Shown here piece after piece: positions 59,159 through 64,000 of a stretch of DNA of 64,000 nt. A model generated the notes under the pieces. The model ran no database searches, had not been told where the DNA came from, and saw only the letters and a program-made list of their open reading frames with translations. Source of the stretch: Christensenella sp. UBA7703 (GTDB taxonomy: Bacteria; Bacillota; Clostridia; Christensenellales; CAG-138). Within the stretch, counting starts at the first letter, position 1; each line of letters begins with the position of its first letter. Made by a program: the position numbers and the translations under genes. The stretch is taken from the NCBI GenBank assembly GCA_002482505.1, contig DLGD01000019.1:35473-99472 (forward strand), given 5' to 3'.

Positions 59159-61567
59159 ATGCAGGAACGTTACGACCCACAGGGTATTGAAACCAAGTGG
59201 CAAAAAATCTGGGCGGACAGCCGCTGTTTTGAAGCGGTGACCGGCTCGGACAAACCCAAATATTTCCCGATGATCGAGTTCCCTTACCCATCCGGGCAGG
59301 GTCTGCACGTCGGTCATCCGCGCCCGTTTACCGCCATGGACGTCATCGCGCGCAAGCGCCGGCTCGAAGGCTACAACGTACTTTACCCCATCGGCTACGA
59401 TGCGTTCGGTCTGCCGACGGAGAATTACGCCATCAAGACCGGCATTCATCCCGCGAAAGTGACGCACGACAACATCATCCGTTTCCGCAACCAGCTCCAA
59501 CGGCTGGGTTATTCGTTTGACTATTCCCGCGAGGTCAACACCTCTGACCCCGACTACTATAAATGGACACAGTGGATCTTCCTCAAGTTCTATGAAAAGG
59601 GGTTAGCCTACAAGGCGGAGATCCCGATCAACTTCTGCACAAGCTGCAAAGTCGGCCTCGCCAACGAAGAGGTGGTCGACGGCGTTTGCGAACGCTGCGG
59701 CGGCGAAGTGGTGCGCATGGTGCGCTCCCAGTGGATGCTCAAGATCACGGCGTATGCTCAGCGGCTCATCGACGACCTCGACACTGTGGACTATCTCGAC
59801 AAGATCAAAGCCCAGCAGATCAACTGGATCGGCCGCAGCGAAGGCGCGCTGGTCAATTTCGCGATCAAGGGCACCGACGAGAAGCTGACGGTATTCACCA
59901 CGCGCCCGGACACGCTCTTTGGCGCGACCTATATGGTCGTTTCGCCGGAGCATCCGATGATCGAGCAATATCACGATCGCATCACGAACATCGAAGCCGT
60001 GCATGCTTATCAGAAGGCAGCCGCGATCAAGAGCGATTTTGAGCGCAGCGAGCTCGCCAAGGACAAGACCGGCGTTCCGCTTCAGGGTATCTACGCCATC
60101 AACCCCGTCAACGGTAAGGAAATCCCGATTTGGACGAGCGACTATGTCCTTATGGGTTATGGCACGGGCGCAATCATGGCGGTTCCCGCGCATGACGAGC
60201 GCGACTATGCCTTTGCCAAGGTCTTCGGGCTCCCGATCATCGAGGTAGTAGCCGGCGGCGACATCGAAACAGAAGCCTACACCGACTGCGCAAAGGGTAA
60301 GATGGTCAACTCCGGCTTCCTCAACGGTATGGAGGTGGACAAAGCCATCCCCGCGATCATCGACTGGCTTGTGAAAGAGGGCATCGGCGAGCGCAAGATC
60401 AATTTCAAGCTCCGTGACTGGGTCTTCTCCCGCCAGCGCTATTGGGGCGAACCCATCCCGCTGGTCTATTGCGAAACCTGCGGCTGGGTGCCGATCCCCT
60501 ACGATCAGCTCCCGCTGGAACTGCCGATGCTGGACGATTTCTCACCGACGGACGACGGCAGCAGCTGCCTTGCCCGCGCGAAGGATTGGCTCCACACCAC
60601 CTGCCCCAAGTGCGGTGGGCCTGCCACGCGTGAAGCGGACACCATGCCCAACTGGGCGGGTTCGAGCTGGTATTTCCTGCGCTATACCGACGCGCACAAC
60701 GAAACCGAATTCGCCTCCCGCGAGGCGCTGGATTATTGGACGCCGGTGGACTGGTACAACGGCGGCATGGAGCACACGACGCTGCATCTGCTCTACTCCC
60801 GCTTCTGGCACAAGTTCCTCTTCGATCTCGGCCTCGTTCCAACGAGCGAACCGTATAGGAAACGCACCAGCCACGGTATGGTTCTCGGCAGCAACGGCGA
60901 GAAGATGAGCAAATCCCGCGGCAACGTGGTCAACCCGGACGACTATATCCCGACGTTTGGCGCAGACAGCTTCCGCACCTACATCATGTTCATGGGCGCG
61001 TTTGACCAGCCGATCCCCTGGAACGAGCAAGGCACGCGCGGCTGCCGCCGTTTCCTCGACCGCGTCTGGGCGCTGCAGGACATGGCGCAAGGCACAGGCG
61101 ACACCGACGCCGAGATGAAGAAGAAGGTCCACGCGACCATCAAGAAGGTCGGTGAAGACTATGAGCGCATGAAGTTCAACACCGCCATCGCCGCCATGAT
61201 GGCGCTGACGAATGACTTTTATGCACGCGGCCAGCTCACAAAGGACGAGCTGCACACGCTGGTGCTCCTGCTTGCCCCCGTTGCCCCGCACATCAGCGAG
61301 GAGATCAACGAAGCGCTGGGCTTCACTCCGATCAAGGATCAGCGCTGGCCGGTCTATGAAGAGAGCGCGCTGGTGGAGGACGCGGTGGAATACGGCATTC
61401 AGGTCAACGGCAAAGTGCGCGGGCGCATCACGCTCTCCCTCTCGCTGGACGCCAAAGCCGTCGAAGAAGCGGCGCTTGCCTGCGAGGACGTCAAACCGCA
61501 TCTGGAAGGCAAGACGGTGCGCAAGATCATTGTGGTCAAGAACATCGTCAACATCGTCGTTGGTTAA
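59159..61567 (+). CDS. leuS: Leucine--tRNA ligase
   Basis: FPYPSG.GLHVGH, TTRPDT, LRDW.FSRQRYWGEP and KMSKS. Confidence 0.98.
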   Translation: MQERYDPQGIETKWQKIWADSRCFEAVTGSDKPKYFPMIEFPYPSGQGLHVGHPRPFTAMDVIARKRRLEGYNVLYPIGYDAFGLPTENYAIKTGIHPAKVTHDNIIRFRNQLQRLGYSFDYSREVNTSDPDYYKWTQWIFLKFYEKGLAYKAEIPINFCTSCKVGLANEEVVDGVCERCGGEVVRMVRSQWMLKITAYAQRLIDDLDTVDYLDKIKAQQINWIGRSEGALVNFAIKGTDEKLTVFTTRPDTLFGATYMVVSPEHPMIEQYHDRITNIEAVHAYQKAAAIKSDFERSELAKDKTGVPLQGIYAINPVNGKEIPIWTSDYVLMGYGTGAIMAVPAHDERDYAFAKVFGLPIIEVVAGGDIETEAYTDCAKGKMVNSGFLNGMEVDKAIPAIIDWLVKEGIGERKINFKLRDWVFSRQRYWGEPIPLVYCETCGWVPIPYDQLPLELPMLDDFSPTDDGSSCLARAKDWLHTTCPKCGGPATREADTMPNWAGSSWYFLRYTDAHNETEFASREALDYWTPVDWYNGGMEHTTLHLLYSRFWHKFLFDLGLVPTSEPYRKRTSHGMVLGSNGEKMSKSRGNVVNPDDYIPTFGADSFRTYIMFMGAFDQPIPWNEQGTRGCRRFLDRVWALQDMAQGTGDTDAEMKKKVHATIKKVGEDYERMKFNTAIAAMMALTNDFYARGQLTKDELHTLVLLLAPVAPHISEEINEALGFTPIKDQRWPVYEESALVEDAVEYGIQVNGKVRGRITLSLSLDAKAVEEAALACEDVKPHLEGKTVRKIIVVKNIVNIVVG

Positions 61568-61636
61568 ATAGCACACAAGAAACAAACACGGCGCGGAGAA
61601 ATCCGCGCCGTTTGATTTGTTTTCGTGTTGAATTGA

Positions 61637-62824
61637 TTATGCCGCTTCTTCTTTCACCAACCCAAACCCCGTCTTCTTGTTGCAGATGAGGATGGTCATG
61701 TACAGGAGCGCAAGACAGGCAAGCAGGAAATACGGCAACCCCGAAAACCCGATTGCCTGACCCACCCAACCGACCACCGGCGGCATGAGCGTGGCTCCCA
61801 CATAAGCCGCCGCCATCTGAAGGCCGATGACCGCCTGCGAATAGTTTGCGCCGAAGCGCTGCGGCGTGATATGGATCAAATTCGGAAACACAGGCGCGCA
61901 ACCGAGGCCAAAGAGTAGCAGCCCCGCGAGGGAAACAACCTGCGGCAGCGGAAGGGCAAGCAGAAGCGCGCCCAGTACGGCGATGAGGATCCCCGTGTTG
62001 ATCAGCGTCCGTTCCTTGACACGCATCGCGAGCAAACCCGAAATCATCCGCCCGCCCATGATGCCAAAGAAGAACAGCGACCCCCAACTCGCGGCGACGC
62101 TTGGATCTACCCCGCGCACGCTGACGAAATACGTCGCGGCCCAGAGCCCGACGCTGGCTTCTCCCGCGCAATAGAAAAAGAACGAGAGCACGGCGAAGAC
62201 GGCGCCGCGTTTTTTGATTGCCGCGCGGTTGTCGATCTCGATCGGGCCGCCCAGCAGTTCATCCGGCGATGCATGCGACACCTTTCCCCAGAGCGGAAGC
62301 GTCAGGAACATGATCACCGCCAACGACATCTGGATGATGGAAACGGTGCGATAACCGCCCTGCCAGTAGCCGTTCAGCTTCAAAAAATGCGACATAATCA
62401 GTGGGCTGATGGTTGCACCAACACCCCAGAAGCTATGCAGAAAGCTCATGTGGCTCGCCTTGTAATGCAGCGCCACATAGTTGTTCAGCGCGGCGTCGAT
62501 CGCGCCGCCGCCCAACCCCAGGGGAATTGCAAGCAGCAACAGCACCACAAAGCTCTTGGTAAACGAGATCGCGAGCAGCGCGCTTGCGGTGAGCAGGACG
62601 CACGCCGCAGTTACCCCGCCCGTGCCGAAACGACGGATCACGCGGACGGAGACAAGACTCGAAATCACCGTGCCTACGGTGATGCCGATAGAGACAAAGC
62701 CCGCATAAGAGACGGGCGCGCCCAACTGTGCATACGCAACAGGCCATGCCGCGCCGAGCATGGAGTCCGGCAGGCCGAGGCTGATGAACGCAAGATAGAT
62801 GATCACAAGCAAAATAGTAGCCAT
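61637..62824 (-). CDS. MFS transporter
   Basis: YLAFISLGLPD..LG.AWP and GG.IDAALNNY; about 12 transmembrane segments. Confidence 0.9.
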   Translation of the reverse strand: MATILLVIIYLAFISLGLPDSMLGAAWPVAYAQLGAPVSYAGFVSIGITVGTVISSLVSVRVIRRFGTGGVTAACVLLTASALLAISFTKSFVVLLLLAIPLGLGGGAIDAALNNYVALHYKASHMSFLHSFWGVGATISPLIMSHFLKLNGYWQGGYRTVSIIQMSLAVIMFLTLPLWGKVSHASPDELLGGPIEIDNRAAIKKRGAVFAVLSFFFYCAGEASVGLWAATYFVSVRGVDPSVAASWGSLFFFGIMGGRMISGLLAMRVKERTLINTGILIAVLGALLLALPLPQVVSLAGLLLFGLGCAPVFPNLIHITPQRFGANYSQAVIGLQMAAAYVGATLMPPVVGWVGQAIGFSGLPYFLLACLALLYMTILICNKKTGFGLVKEEAA

Positions 62825-62997
62825 GCGCGTATTCTATCGGGTTTTGCCTCGTTTGAACAGTGTTCCTTTCAAATTATGGGACGATGTTGCGCATAACGGG
62901 CAGAATTCTCACATCCTGCGAGCACTTCTTACGACATTCACAAAAATGTTGCCGTCTACGCGTGGTTTTTTGTGTCGGATTTCGCTATACTCCTCTT

Positions 62998-63843
62998 ATG
63001 CAAAAACACACAGCACCAACCAGCTCCACATCCGGCGCTGAAAAAACCAACGCCGCGCCCGCAACCCGCGGGCAAAAGATTGCCGCAATCACCTCGATTG
63101 TGGTGTTTGTCGTCGTTCTCGTGCTTTTGACAATCTTTGTCGGAGGGCCGATCATCAAAACCCTTGGCGATCCCGCTTCGTTTCGCGTCTGGATAGAAGC
63201 GCGCGGTTTCTGGGGCAGGGTGCTGTTCGTTGGCATCATGTTTCTGCAGGTCGTCATCGCGTTTATTCCCGCGGAACCGCTGGAACTCGCCGCGGGCTAT
63301 GCATTCGGCGCGATTTGGGGCACGGTTCTGGTTTGGCTGGGGCTCGTACTCGGCACCACGGTTGTATTCCTCTTTGTCCGGAAGATCGGCATCAAGGCGG
63401 TTGAGGTATTCTTTCCGCGCGAGCAGATCAACTCGCTCAAGTATCTTAAGGATGAGAAGGCGCTCAATGCTGCTGCATTCATTCTGTTTTTAATCCCTGG
63501 CACTCCGAAAGATCTACTGACCTATATTGCAGGGTTGACGAAGATTCGCCTGCTGCCCTGGATTGTACTCACAAGCATTGCGCGGATTCCCTCCATTGTT
63601 ACCAGCACGATCAGCGGCAATGCGCTCGGTTTGGAAAAATACGGGCTTGCGATCATCGTGTTTTCCGCAACGGCGCTTGTCTCCGGCATCTGCATCTATT
63701 TTTACCAAAGAGCGCAAAAGAAACGCGCGCTTGAGGCTGCGGCGCATGAACTTGCCGCCCAGCCGCTTGCGGAATATCCGATCGAGCAAACGAACGAAGC
63801 AACGCCGGAAGCTCCTCCTTCGGCGAATGAACCCAATAAATAG
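62998..63843 (+). CDS. TVP38/DedA (VTT domain) membrane protein
   Basis: QVVIA.IPAEP...AGY.FG, LIPGTPKD..TY.AGLT and RIP. Confidence 0.88.
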   Translation: MQKHTAPTSSTSGAEKTNAAPATRGQKIAAITSIVVFVVVLVLLTIFVGGPIIKTLGDPASFRVWIEARGFWGRVLFVGIMFLQVVIAFIPAEPLELAAGYAFGAIWGTVLVWLGLVLGTTVVFLFVRKIGIKAVEVFFPREQINSLKYLKDEKALNAAAFILFLIPGTPKDLLTYIAGLTKIRLLPWIVLTSIARIPSIVTSTISGNALGLEKYGLAIIVFSATALVSGICIYFYQRAQKKRALEAAAHELAAQPLAEYPIEQTNEATPEAPPSANEPNK

Positions 63844-64000
63844 AACAGCCATCCAAACCCAGGTTTGTTTGTCCCATGCGCCCGCACAAGCGGGCGCTTT
63901 TTTGTTTTTATCTGCGCGATCCTTTGCACTTTATTACATGAAGATTTTACACGCGATCATCGCTTGCGCCTGCGTTACGCCTTGGTTGCGTGTTTACGAT

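Noticed and set aside
60542-61585. 347-aa minus-strand ORF
   Set aside because: Antisense shadow of leuS.
63938-64000. Possible gene start at the window edge
   Set aside because: Only 21 codons are visible and there is no clear RBS.

Overview
A 64 kb chromosomal segment from a moderately GC-rich Clostridia-like bacterium (inferred from gene content). Most of it is housekeeping: a class B PBP and murG, ldh, wzm/wzt, a DEAD-box helicase, tRNA-Arg(CCG), radA, dnaX-ybaB-recR, mutY, pepT, nadD-yqeK/rsfS, a phosphohexomutase, thiT with a TPP riboswitch, ispDF, uvrB, holA, comEC, prmA-rsmE-mtaB-hit, lgt and leuS. The most notable accessory feature is a roughly 1.4 kb AT-rich insert encoding HicA, a HicB with an aromatic-rich C-terminal extension and a SecB-like protein, a candidate HicAB-type toxin-antitoxin-chaperone (TAC) system with palindromic operators. 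Other notable features: a raiA-motif ncRNA upstream of a zinc-ribbon gene; a DnaA-box cluster between holA and comEC arranged like an E. coli DARS core; a 189 bp structured insert bounded by a duplicated tRNA 3' end; dispersed GTAG-type REP-like palindromes; an ars operon with no arsC and a decayed ferredoxin; tandem M15 peptidase paralogs; and four apparently leaderless genes. All calls come from reading motifs by eye, and no database searches were run.
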